The notes beneath the pieces were generated by a model. The model made no database searches. It saw only the letters and a list, made by a program, of their open reading frames with translations, and was not told where the DNA came from. Below, piece after piece: positions 51,044 through 64,000 of a stretch of DNA of 64,000 bases. The DNA lies in NCBI RefSeq assembly GCF_021869535.1, contig NW_026262712.1, positions 23,498,001-23,562,000 on the forward strand. The letters are read 5' to 3'. The stretch is from Mytilus californianus (taxonomy: Eukaryota). How positions within the stretch are numbered: the stretch's first letter is position 1; every line of letters starts with the position of its first letter. The position numbers and the translations under genes were made by a program.

Positions 51044-51840
51044 AAGGAACAGTAAATGGGCTATGTCGCAGATTTTGCTAAAACTTTGCATACAGCCTTG
51101 GCTCGTTGAACTACAACTGAAAATCGAAAAAATAATGCATTTATCTCATTTATCATTTGAAAAATTACTGATTGAATTCTTTCAAAATGGGTGAACATTT
51201 GTATAGAAAGCACATAACATCGGCCATAAACCGTCTAAAATTTGTCTTAAAATCTTCAAATCTCTAATTTTTACTCCATAGATTTTTCTTAAAATACTGT
51301 ATGTTCTTGACACATAAAATACTGTTTTAATGATATAAAACAATCATATGGTCATCGACTTCGTTTTTTGTTTAACAATCAATTTGTTACCTTTTTGGTA
51401 GTGAAAAACGTCAAAAATCAACGTTTTACGACCTGCAACGCGATGACGTTACAATATATTTCGACGTTTTGTGGCATTTTTTCACAAAGAACTCAATTTT
51501 GAATGATATATACCGTAAAAACGAAGTCGGTGACCCTATTTGTTTTTTGCACCATTAAAACGGAAAGTTATGCATCAACAACATATAGTTTTTTAAGTAC
51601 AATCTATGGAGTAGATATCAGAAGTTTGAAAATTTGAAGACAAATTCTAGACGGTTTTCGCTGATTTTATGTGCTTTCTTTACAAATGTTTACCCATTTT
51701 GAAAGAATTCAATCAGTAATATTTCAAATGTTAAATGAGATAAATGCATTATTTTTTCGATTTTCAGTTGTAGTTCATCGAGCCAGAGTTGTATGCAAAA
51801 TTTTACTGAAATCTGTGACATAGTCCATTTACTGTAACCA
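51044..51840. mobile_element. Foldback non-autonomous DNA transposon with about 300-350-bp TIRs; terminal fragments also at 13000-13075 and 62075-62160
   Basis: acagtaaatggRctatgtcRcagattt...gctcgWtgaactacaactgaaaatcgaaaaaataatgcatttatctcattt at the left end, and its reverse complement at the right end. Confidence 0.85.
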
Positions 51841-52490
51841 TTCCGTAAAGGAAAGAACGAATATATGGTACGTCATCGATTTTTTTACTTCGGTCTTTCT
51901 TTTGTTTCCGGTACGCAGAATACGTCGTCTGCATTTTAGAGTCTGACATATATCTTGGTCATTTTACAAATATTCTAAAGGTCATACTTGGTAATTCATG
52001 AATATCAAAGTCTTTAATTTCTTACTGCTTTTAGCTGCATATCCTGATACTGTTCTATGGCTTGCAGCGATGTTGTATACTAGTATACATTTCTTTAATA
52101 ATGACTTTTCGCTCCTATATTTCAGTCCTATTTATTTGTGCACACAATCACCCCAATGAATGATCTATGATTTTTTTTACTTTATGGGTCGCGACATTTT
52201 TGGATTTTACTTCGGGGTCCCTGTCCATAAAAGTACGTTTTTTGTAATGATATTAAATATTTACTTCTTTACCTGTTGTAAGAAGTAATCGGTTGCCGAA
52301 AAAGGCCAAATTTTAATTATTTAAATGAAATTTTAATGGGACCCCTAAAGTAAAAGAGTGCAATAATGTCTTCTTTTACTTTAGGGGTCCTACAACCTAT
52401 ATATAGGTGGTTCTAATGGGACCTCTAAAGTAAAAGAGTGCAATAATGCCTTCTTTTACTTTAGGATCCTTTAGGGGTCCCACAACCTAT

Positions 52491-52528
52491 TAGTCCAAAT
52501 AATTCTGACGTCAGAATTATTTGGACTA
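52491..52528. mobile_element. 38-bp perfect palindrome flanked by a 9-bp direct repeat (Mutator-type TIR remnant)
   Basis: acaacctat|tagtccaaataattctgac-gtcagaattatttggacta|acaacctat. Confidence 0.7.
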
Positions 52529-53061
52529 ACAACCTATATGCAAGCCAATATTATATAAACAATAAATACAACAGTATTATTAAAACAACAGCACAATGCA
52601 TTTTAAATACGCTATATATTGTTGGACCCTCCATTTTTTAATAGTAATGTTAAAAAAAAGTAATGTTGGGACCCCTAAAGTAAAAGAAGGTCTAAAATAT
52701 TTTTGAATTGAATTGAACAATCACCCCAAGACTACGTCGTAAAATTAAAACAAGTCCTGGCTAACAACAGGATGGCCACCGACTCTAACAAACAAGGTTG
52801 CGAATAAATAGGAAAAGTTTCTTTTAAGTACAAGCATCTAGCAAAATTAAGTAGCCACTGCTATTTGTTAAACAGTGCCGTTCAACAAGTTCACAAAAAA
52901 CAAAACCAGAAGCAACTCATAACATGAAATCTCTAAATCGTAGATATTTGTGTGAGGCAAGTAAGTATTTTAAATTTTCAAATCATTAGAAAAAAGAACT
53001 TATATCCCTCGAGTCCTGTGATTTCGTTTGTTGGGTAGGTTTGTTAATTTCGTTAACATAA

Positions 53062-53273
53062 GGGGACAACTATTTGATTTTCTAGGGGGACAGAAGGATT
53101 TGATAAACGAATAACTTGGACTGGTAAGAACTGAAAATAAATAACTTTATACATGACCGGTAGGAAATGAATGTTCTGCGGGAAAAAATAAGCATGCGTA
53201 GCAACAAATGAAAATAAATGATCAATCAGTAATATATCCTGCCCCCACCCCAGAAAATCAAATGTCCGTTCCC
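53062..53273. mobile_element. Degenerate PIF/Harbinger-type MITE
   Basis: taa|ggggacaactatttgattttctagggg ... ccccagaaaatcaaatgtccgttccc|tta. Confidence 0.55.
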
Positions 53274-54024
53274 TTAGGTTGAATGAACGGACGTACTAAA
53301 CGAACGTCAGAAAGAAACTTCCCAAGTAGCTTTTTGAAATTATGATTCTATTTAGTATTTATGATATATTATTTTGTCTTACTCTTAAATATAAGATTTG
53401 ATCTTGATCAAGACTTCTGAAAGTACATTTAACAGTAGAACGTCGGAAAAATGTATTTATAAATCACAAACGTAAACCGTAGCCAAACTATTCGATATTG
53501 AGTTTGTCAACCAATGGAAAATCAAAGCCAAGGGAACACACTACCAGAAAAAAGTCATAAAACATAATTTGATGCAGATGTAAAACAAAACTTGTTAGTT
53601 TTCTTGTTTTTAACCAGAATAACACTATAAATTTAGTGAGTCAAGAGCGTTTTTCTTATTTGACCTTCTGACAACAGGAATTATCAAAACAAAAACAAAA
53701 TTAAAGTCAATGAAATCTAAATACTTGAGAAGCTGCATGATTAGAAAGGACATAAAAAGAATGGCAAAAACCGAATAAGTAAAGTTTGCCATGGGGAGAT
53801 GAAACTCTATTCTTACTAGTGTAACTAAGTCATGATTGAACCAATATATATAATTGGAACCTTTTGATGTTCAAGGGCTTCTTTAACAAATTTGATGTTT
53901 GCTGTTTGCTTAGTTATCGAGAAGCACTTATAATTTACGTAAATGTAAACTTTTTTGAAAGAAAGTGTATGTAAGTTTTAGTTTTATATAGATTTATTAC
54001 ATTGCAGAAAGACTCTGAGCAAAC

Positions 54025-57000
54025 ATGTATAAATGTATTCGTAATACAGTTTTGGTGTTCAACATTTTATTTCTGGTAAGTATACTGTATCTTTTATCAT
54101 TTTCAAACATAAACTGTACCAATTTCTTTGCACCAGATATATATTTCGTCAATTATGTTTCTTCAGTAATGCTCGAAGCCATATTATTTGAAAAGTCACA
54201 ACATTATACAAAAAGTATATGTAAGCGAATGATAATCCCTTTCTTCATGATTAAGTACGAGCTCAAGGCTTAAATGATCTCTAAATTGGTTGTATTTAAT
54301 TATTAGTTTCATTGTCAGTGCAATGTTTATATTTAATGCATGACTTTCTTTTTAGGCATTTCATTTATGGATAAGTTTTAGTGATGTAAGGACTTTCTTA
54401 TTATTTGGGAAATATTTTAAAAAAATGAGTTATACATGTACATATAAGGTAGCACAACAGAACTAAGAAAAATATTAGGTAGCACAACAGAACTAAGAAA
54501 ATGTAGGAATTGTATATGTTTCCTGATTGTGAGTATGAATGTAAATCATGTAATATTTTAGTGAGGAATTATCCTTTTTTTTAATTTACAGTTTAAATCA
54601 ATTGATACATTTAAACTAAACAGCCAATATTTTGGTCCGGTTTTTAACATCAAATACTATTTAATTATATCAGGGAAATGTTCAAATAAAATGCCTTTAA
54701 AAGATTTTTAAAAGTTTAATTCCTGTTTTATTTTTTTTTTAATTTTTTATCGAAATATTGGATACAATACAATACAATACAATTTATTTACAACTTAGGC
54801 ACACGTATGGTGCTACAAGAGGATAACAATTATACATTAACAATTACATATATACTTATACATTTACAAGCAAGACACACAATAAATAAATAAGTGATAT
54901 CATACAATAAAACTGAAATATACCATATTTGGTTGATTTGTTTGCAAAATTCTCAATTGCAACGTGGATATGAAGTTATTGTAACATGCTATGAATTATG
55001 AAAATATTATTTCAATATGTCTTAGAAACATGCACACTTTTGTTAGCACTGGCACGTTACAGTGTGATAATAGACCAGTAAATTTCAATTGGGAAGGATT
55101 TTTTGTGTAATATGTAGGTATATATACCTTTCTCGTAAAGACATAATTTGTTCATTGGAACATACAAAAAAATAATGATATTCGTCACCAATTGTATTTG
55201 GAAATAACTATTCTTCCCAACCGATGATCCAGTGATCAAAGTTTTTGGAAAACTAAAGATTAAAGTTTTTTTTTTTATTTTAAAGCTGTTTTTTTTCTAT
55301 TTTTGCAAATGCTTTGATATTGTTTCTTATTTAGTAATTTGAAGTTATTTATATTTTCATAATAATATTCACGGTACCAATTTTACTGCACAGTAAACTT
55401 TAACTTACTTTGAGTTTTTTGTTTGTTTCACAATTCAACTTTTAGTCAGTTTCAATCACTGTGTGATAAATCCTTTCAATCTGATAAATGTGCTTCGGGG
55501 TAGTAGTAACTCATTTATAGAAACTCTTTGTTTTGAACTGTCAATAGACCCAAATAATAGGATAATCCCTTACATAGAACATGATTTACATTCATTCTTC
55601 ACAATTAAGAAGCATCAAATCCTACAATTTCATTGGTCGAGAGCACTTTGCTATATTCTAATGATTATAAGAGCTGATATAATCAAAAAGAACCAAAAGT
55701 ATATATATGTGAGTTTTTGCTCTTTGTTGAAGGCCGTACCGTGAACTGTTGTTGTTCATAACCTTGCCCTTTGGAGAAGAATTATGTCATGGGCAATAGG
55801 CTGTCTATCGAAGTTAATGGCCGTGTATCATATATGCACAACTTTCTCTTGTAAAAAATATAAAATACAAATTAAGGAGACCGTAAGTTAAAAACGATTG
55901 TGTAATAAAGTAATTGATTTTCGAATACGAATAAAATGTGGAATTGCACGAATGGGATAGCACCCGAATGACACACGTGACGTAACTAAATTAGACATAT
56001 CAAAAGGTATCACCAAGTATAAAACAGACTTGTGTACACTTTCTATAATGTTTGAAAAGTCTAAGACAATGATTAAGAACTGGACAGCCTGTAAACGTAA
56101 TTTGTGTTTATGTTCAGTGTTGTTTTGCCTTTATTGTCACTTGCCAGTTACTTTTTTGAAATGAAAAGGAACTTAATTAGCTTACTCAGTAAGATTATGT
56201 AGTTTTGGTCTTAAATCAGTCATCGTCAACATATATTTTTTCAAATTGCATAAATCTGGACGTTTATGTGTAGGGATCTAGGTACGTTAAAATAAAAGGA
56301 ACCCGGAAAACTGAGTGCTGATTTAAAAGGACAATACCCCAGTATTGGGGCTTTAATCATAAAAAGGGGAATTTTTCAGTTTCGGACAATAACTCGAAAA
56401 TGCTTTGAACAGTTTTCATGAAACTTTGGTGACTGATTTATATCTATTAAAATAACTTAAATCTCCTTTTTTTTTTTATTTCTGATATGAAATTGAGGAG
56501 TTATTTTTCGAGGACTCTCTCGACCCGTCCTACATCCGTGTGGTTATGGTTTCCTCATTAATGGCGTCATTGTTTCCAGATTCCTGTCGGGACCTTTTAA
56601 AAGGGCGTTCATTTACAGTTTTGCTTCTATACGAATTTTGTTGGGCTTGACGTAGTAGAACATCCCTAAATTCAGTGCCGTTTGGTTTTGTGTTGACTGA
56701 TACGTGCGGTTTCCCATTGATATATAATTTATCTCTTACCAGTTTTACTTTTTTACCCTCATTCTTGGCCTTCTTCATTACAGGGTAGAGTTCTTTCCGT
56801 TTTCTTTCAATTTCAATCGGGAATTGTTCGCTTATCCCAAATTGTTTCCCTTTCAACTTGAATGTATTTTTAAGTACATCTTCAAGCTCGTCTCTGCGGA
56901 TAAATTTGGCTACAATAGGACGGGCTCCGTTTAGTCCGGGTTTTCCAAATCGATGAACGCTACCGAGATTTACTTTATACGGTATTTCAAGTTCGTTTAT

Positions 57001-58453
57001 TAAAAAGTTCTGAATTTTCAATTGGCACGACTCTTCCCGCTGAAACGCTAACCCGGAGAATACTAGATTATCGCTCATGCTTCTGCATTTTAGATCTAAC
57101 ACTTCGGCTTTTAATTCCTTAATGGCCATGTTTGAGAATATTCCATTATCCTCCCCTATCGTCTCCATCCTGTCTTTTATCTGAGATATCTCTTCAACAT
57201 TTGCTGAATATTTGTCAACCATAATATGAACGATCTGACCCATATTTTCTACACTTTCTTCGACTTTCCCATTGCGTTCTTGAATTTCGACAATTGTTTC
57301 CTCATTTGTCTGTACTCTTGTAGACAAATTTGACAGGCCTTCCTTTATACCATCGATTTTCTGTACTTCTTTCTCTATTTTCTCGATCCTATCCGTTAGA
57401 ACTCGTAGCGACTTCAGGATTTCCATAAGGATAACTCTAGCATAAAGAAAGCTAAGTGGTTATATCTATAGTACCTCCTTGATAAAAGTAAAGAAATTTA
57501 AAAACAAAGTAATTGGTACAGTTTCATTTACCTTTCTTTCCCTTGTCTATCGTCTACGCCTCTTTTGTTTATCAACAATATTTAGTTAAATAACGAATTT
57601 AAGGGCCTTCATTAACACAAAAAAAAAACAAACATACTTGACTTTAATACATGTCATCTTCAATCAACTACTCCTGCCTATTTAACAGAAAGCAACCGAA
57701 TTTTATTATAAGTATATACTTTTGAGAATTTTTTATTTCTAGGGAAAACACATGTTTTTGTAAAAGATTTACAGTAAGCAACTAATCTGTATTTTAGGCC
57801 TAAAATATTAAAATATTGTTATGGTAATATAAAATTGAATAGATATACTAACATGTTAAATTTTTTCTTGAGAAGGCTATATATTTCTTCTTTGTTAATT
57901 TCATTTTATGTTTATTTCAGCTCTGTGGACTAGGAGTTTTAGGAATAGGAGTATGGATCCGTATAGATATGGTTGAATTCGATGAGTTACTAGGAAAGTC
58001 TATGGTTCCTATTGCTGCTTATGTACTTATTGCCGCAGGAGGTGTTGTGATGCTGATTTCATTGGTGGGATGTCTAGGAGCGTTGAAAGGGCATAGAGTT
58101 CTGCTTGGTCTGGTCTGTATATAAAATACAATTAAAACATGACTGCATGTACTGTTATGAAATTGAGGAGTCACGGGAGACGTTCCATATTGAGTTGATA
58201 TTGTTTCTTTAAACATTTAAAGCCATATTTCAATGGCAATTATTTTTTGAATATTTAGGGTGAAGTCAAATTGTACCATCAATCATGTAAATTCTAAAAG
58301 GGTATGTAAAGCATTAAGTTATTTAGCAATGAACAGTACGACACGTCATAATCCTGGGATCATAGTAATACTTGTTTTGATATTATCTGTAATATGGAGT
58401 CAAAGACTTGATTGATATTATGCATATTATGAAGTTTTGGGTTCCAGAACGGA

Positions 58454-58484
<31 letters not shown>

Positions 58485-61400
58485 TAGGTCACAATGTCAC
58501 TCTTAATCAAACCATACAGTTCTAAACTGATCTAATTCTCAGTCATAAACATTTTTAAAGGTCACAGGTCTTTTCAAATGAGATTCAGATCGCCAGGTCG
58601 CATGACGGATTTGACCATGTTGGAGCAACGTATTTCATGTAGACCTGTTTATCTTTAAAACCACGTTAATTTTATCTGCCAATTTTATGCTCTATTATTG
58701 TGTGAGACTTTTTATGAATTAGTAACCGCCATTTCCAAAATCTTATTTTCTTTGCGTGTTTTATTTTTTAGAAATATGTATAATTCTTGTATATTTCTAG
58801 ATATAAATAAGAAGATATGGTATGAGTGCCAATGAGACAACTCTCCATCCAAGTCACAATGTGTAAAAAGTAAACAATTATAGGTCAAAGTACGGCCTTC
58901 AACACGGAGCCTTGGCTCACACCGAACAGCAAGCTATAAAGGGCAACAAAAAGACTAGTGTAAAACAATTCAAACAGGAAACCAACTAGAGTTTATTTTA
59001 TAAATAAGGCAATGTTTATGTTTCCAAGACAATAATAAAAATCGGACATATTTATCTGAATATTTGCTAATCTTAAAAACATATAATACCAACAAATAAA
59101 AACATCCAAGATGGCGGTCCATATACATTCTCAGTATATATCTGTAAAATTGTTAATTAACATAAGTTATAAGATATACAGCTGATGATTTATTATGTTT
59201 TTATTTCAGTATTTTATATTTATGTTGTTTATATTCATGATGGAGGGTGCTGCTGCTGTTATGGGGGCACTGTTCTATGATCAGGTAATGTGGTTTGATA
59301 TCAGGACTAGTTGAAAAGGACTGCGGTTTATTATCTTTCACAAAGGTCAATTAGGTTACAACATGCTTCAGACAGTAGCGAATGAAACCGCATCGTTGCT
59401 CTTACTGCATTCTTTAGCTGATGTACAAAGTTCACCTTTTTTCTTATACCTTTAATGAATAGTAAATAAACTAACCGTAGACTAATTAACGGTTTGTTTG
59501 ATTTTAAAATAATGGCTTTTTACTTCCTATTTTCTGCTTTGGTAACCATTACCTGCTAACACTTTATGTACAAATGTTTCTCTCTAATATCATTACATTT
59601 CTGAAGAACACATTTCTGTGTACACTTAATTCGCTGGATGTTTGATAGCTGATTCAATGTAATTTCTGTTTGGAAAATGGTTAAAATTTCAAGTTTGCAT
59701 TGGCATCTTATATAATACAAACTTTTTAGCAATTTTCAGTGGTGCTTATTTTCATAGAAATTGTTCTGTATATCACAGTTTTAGTAGAGAACATTTAAGT
59801 TTAACCTATAAAAAAAAGGCATCAAAGAATGTGACAAATAATTTTGAATGTTCATGCTATCAAGTCAAATGAAATAAAAGGATAAAAACCCTGGAGAATT
59901 AATCAACTCAAAATGTCTATCAAAATGTAAAACGTATCATGCTAGAGGAAAATCTGTTGCTACTGGGTGCTATATATAAATGTTAAAGATACGAAATTTA
60001 TCATACCATGTAAGGTTTTCGACCTTTGTTTTAGGCAAAACCGTTCATGTCGACATACGTGGAAACAGCCATGATGACGAAGTATGGAGATCCTGATTAT
60101 GAACTGGTTACCAAGTCTGTGGATACACTTCATCAAAAGGTAACAGTTGAAAAACGAGATTTGTTTTTTCTGTTGTTTAACTCGGACATCTGTAGTTTTA
60201 ACATGGTTTCGCAGTCTTAATTGAAGTCGTAAATTTAATAATTAACAGATAATAAGACAAAAAAATAAAAAAGTAAAAATGAAATATCAACTGACCAATG
60301 GCAATGGTTGACTGAGTCTGGAATTTTTAAAAACCGGTAGTTAAACCCATGATAAAGAGGGATATTCACTTGACTGTGCGGGATGTATAAATACGCAGTC
60401 ACGTCTATTCGGAATGGCGGCGTAAAACCAGATAGATGCCTCGTGTAGGGAGGATGTCACGCTTTCTAGACGTTGAACTCTTGCTACAACTATTTGATGG
60501 GTCCATAGGTGAATTGCTACCAAAAAAACGAGGATGTTAACAACTCTTAAGTCATCGTAAAGCCTTGAACATGTCTGAATATCTAACATACACTATTTAT
60601 CAAGTGCAAATCTACATTTATAGCCTTTCATTCTAGTCGAACTTACTATTATATTAATTGATAATCTGTATTCGTCTATGAAATATTCAGCAAACAATCA
60701 ATCATGTTCTTCAATACCAACTCTCTTATTTCGTTGCCTATCATTTCATTTTCATTTATCTGTGTAAAAGAAGCTCGATAAAAGAAGCTCGGTTATACAA
60801 CGGATGTATAAAAATTGAATTGGCTGATTGGTAAATTTTTTTTTCAGTTCAAATGTTGTGGCTTTGATGAACCAGAAGACTGGGATAATGCCACATCTTT
60901 CACCGGTGCCACAGTTCCTGTATCTTGTTGTAGAAACCAAAACCAGCCTTCCTGTAACACTGCTTACAACAGTACTAATATTTATGATCAAGTATGTCCG
61001 TTTTGAAGCCATATGGGGACCCCTAGATGTATATTTTGGTGAACTTACTTTATGGGGTTGCTGTCTCCTGGCATTAATATAACATCTTTTTATTTGAATA
61101 TGTGTGTGAGAATCTATAGTTCTATGACTGAAGCAAAAAAGACAAAATTTTCATATATTACTTATTCCAATGACGTCATTCTCTGTATTAAGCGCTTCTT
61201 TCCAACTTTAAGAAATGAATCTTAGTTGTTTACGAATTCCCTTTCGATTTTAATGTAATGGTCACGGGATCGTGCTAATTATTATTTGTCAAATTCTTTG
61301 ACTATTCAGCTGTCTACGCTTGAGTTAAACCATAAATAGTATACATGTATTTTTAAGTGAATAATATCATAATCCCGTATTTCAGCATTAAATGTATCTT

Positions 61401-62373
61401 GCAGTAAGTAATTTCTAACGATCGATTTTTAATACAACTCTATGTAACAATCTGGGTTTTTTGTTTGTAGGGTTGTGTAGACGCACTGTCAGACTGGATG
61501 ACCGGTAACCTTATTTATTTACTTGGTGTAGCTATAGCTGTTGCCTTATTTCAGGTAAATTCTTTTGGGTATTGACAAGTATAGCATCGGGTTATTTATT
61601 TTTTACCAATAACAACTGGATGTTACTATAAATATTAGTTTCAGCAGTCTAGTAAATTTGAAAAAGGTACAATTTTTACATTTTTCTTTGTATTAGGAAT
61701 ACTATACAGTAGCAGCATCTGCTTGTATCAAACCAGTCTATTCCAGAAACTATTTAAAGGGGTGGGATTCTAAGATGTTTCACCTGGAAAAAAGTGGAAT
61801 TCCAGTCATATCTTGCACGATTTTTAAGTAATATAAAAAGAAGATAAGTCGAGGTTTCAATCTGACAGCGGAAACGACCCCGTCTGTGTCCATCAGTTCA
61901 ATTGTACGAAATAATTTCCATTTACATGCATATCATTTGGAAAAGGAATCTGTGCATATGACGGGTGTTAAAAATTAGGAAACTTAATAAAAGACAAGTA
62001 TTCATTGTATGGAATGGAATAGCTGGAGAATTCAAGGCTTTCAGCAAAGACGCCAATATGTCAAATTAAGCTCAAGGAACAGTTAACGGGCTATGTTCCA
62101 GATTTTGGCTCGTTGAACTTTAACTGAAAAATCGAAAAAAAATGTATTTATCTCTTGTATTCTCTAAAATAAAGTTACTGATTAAATTCTTTCACAATAA
62201 ATGTCATAGTCAATTTACTGTAACTTGACCCTTTAATCAGCCTTCTGTATTTCCCCAGTGTTACTTATATGATGATTAATCAACATAGATATATATATAT
62301 ATTCTTTCAGATACTAGGAATGGTGTTTTCTCTATGTCTGATAAAACAAGCTGGCGATGACAACTATGTTTAG
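54025..62373 (+). CDS. Tetraspanin (CD63/CD151-like, 6-Cys large extracellular loop), 237 aa. Exons 54025-54075, 57921-58112, 59210-59284, 60035-60139, 60848-60991, 61471-61554, 62311-62373
   Basis: All phase-0 GT-AG introns. MYKCIRNTVLVFNILFL|LCGLGVLGIGVW...GCLGA..|YFIFMLFIFMME...|...|FKCCG...PVSCC...C...|GCVDALSDW...LFQ|ILGMVFSLCL...DDNYV*. Four TM segments, CCG motif, and the typical 75- and 84-bp exons. Confidence 0.95.
56530..57426 (-). mobile_element. LINE ORF1-like ORF (coiled coil + RRM-like + CTD; L1-transposase-like domain), 298 aa, no ORF2; antisense within a tetraspanin intron
   Basis: Long heptad region, then LKCRSMSDNLVFSGL...VHRFG....RPIVAKF...KLKGKQFGISEQFP.EIERKRKELYPVMKKAK.EGKKVKLVRDKLYING, characteristic of ORF1p in invertebrate CR1/L2-group LINEs. 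Confidence 0.75.
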
Positions 62374-64000
62374 AGTATTTTAAAAACTATCCATTATAAA
62401 TAGCATATTTTTAATATTATGTTTGTATTAATTTACTTGTTATGTTATTAAAATGTTTTGCATATACTTATTATTTGAAATATATACATTGTAGTTGGTA
62501 CCATTCTTTTATATTTGTAATGATTTGCAAACTTGCGTACATTGTAAAAAGGAGATGTGGTATTATTGCCAAGGAGACAACTATCCATCAAAGTTCTAAT
62601 GAAGTGGATGTAAGCTATAGACAACCGGACTGCCTTCGACAATGAGAAAACCCCATACCGTTTAGTCGGCTATAAATGGCCCCGACATGAAAAATATGAA
62701 ACAATTCAACTGAGAAAACTAACGGCCTAAATTCTTGACAAAACGATTCACGAAAAACAAATATGAAAGACCTGAACCAACGACAACCTCTGAACTACAG
62801 GCTCCTGATTTGGGACAGGCACATATAGAATATGGTGGGGTTAAACATTTGGTTGGATTGATGGATTGTTAATTTTTTTATGCCAAGTGTTAAATATTTC
62901 ATTCATATTCAGGAATGTTAAATAAATTAATTGATAGGTTCTGGACTGAAACTTATACATAGGCCTTTACCATGTTTACGTGAAAAGAGTTGTGGCAAGA
63001 ATTTATATAGTAAGTATAAGAATAAGAGTTTTATTATTCTAATCAAGAATCCATAAAGGGCATCATTTTACAACAACAATATGCACAATATAATTGGCAA
63101 AAAAACATTAACAAAAAACAAGAACCTAATATAATTCTATCATGTTATGGACAGGATCAGAGCCTAACACATCATGTGTCTTTATATAACTATTACAAAA
63201 TATCTCATAATAATCAAATATCATTTATATATTATGTTTCCATCTGGATCTTATTTCTAAACACAGAATAATATAATTTCCTAGGCACATAAGAGTTGGT
63301 TAATGCTCATTTGTGAACAGCCAGAAGTATTTTTTATCCTTGGGTAATTCTTTAAAATTAGTACAAAAACTATTTACTTTATCCAAATAAAATACACATA
63401 TATATTTTTATAAAGTATATAAATCCTTGGTTGTGGGAAAGGTCACCAACAGACCAATCAAACAGTTGTAAAATATTTTAACGTGGAGAGTTAGTGACAC
63501 TGTACGAACACTGGGCATAATTAAATTATGAAAATAGATGTGGGGTATTACTTCAGTGAGACGGCAACCTCTAAACACAATATAACTAAGATGAATAGCA
63601 AAATATGGTCTTCAATAGAAGATGAAAATATGCAGTCCACAAAATATGTCATCAATGAAAAATCTTGTATAGACAAAAAAAAACACACTTAACCAGTGAC
63701 GAAATTCATGATTTGAGCGTGACAGGATTAAACTAGACTAAGATTTTGGTTATAAACAATCCCGTTTTCATCTCGATCCATAGATTAAAAAATATTGCAT
63801 AGTAGAACCTACATTCAGAATCAATTCAGAAAAAGCTTTAAAATAAAATATCGACATTACAAAACGACAAAAAAACACAAATGTACAGGAAAACAAACCT
63901 AGCTAGAAAGAAAACACAAGTATTTGATTTTCTGGTACATAAAGCATGTTTTCTTTTACCAGAGATTTATGATATTACTAGAAAATACCCGCGAAATATA

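Overview
AT-rich eukaryotic (intron-containing) genomic DNA, not prokaryotic. The repeat families and gene types suggest a bivalve mollusc, probably Mytilus; this is inference from recalled repeat motifs. Genes were reconstructed by reading GT-AG splice sites and exon phase, and most are invisible in the ORF track. (1) A candidate orphan 87-aa secreted peptide gene on the minus strand (4 exons, 5633-9983). (2) Two tandem 4-exon CD225/dispanin (IFITM/PRRT-like) paralogs on plus (24541-37728, 39610-45394). (3) A single-exon RING-less double B-box/coiled-coil/beta-propeller TRIM-like gene on minus (47615-49318). (4) A complete 7-coding-exon tetraspanin on plus (54025-62373), carrying an antisense solo LINE ORF1-like ORF in an intron. 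The rest is dense in repeats: Penelope-like element (PLE) RT and GIY-YIG relics, hammerhead-ribozyme-like motifs, two L2/CR1-group LINE 3' fragments, PIF/Harbinger-, Kolobok- and Mutator-type MITEs, a HINE-like element with 161-bp internal repeats, and minisatellites (37 bp with a 481-bp higher-order unit; also 30, 31, 51 and 76 bp). No rRNA, intact tRNA or CRISPR array is supported.
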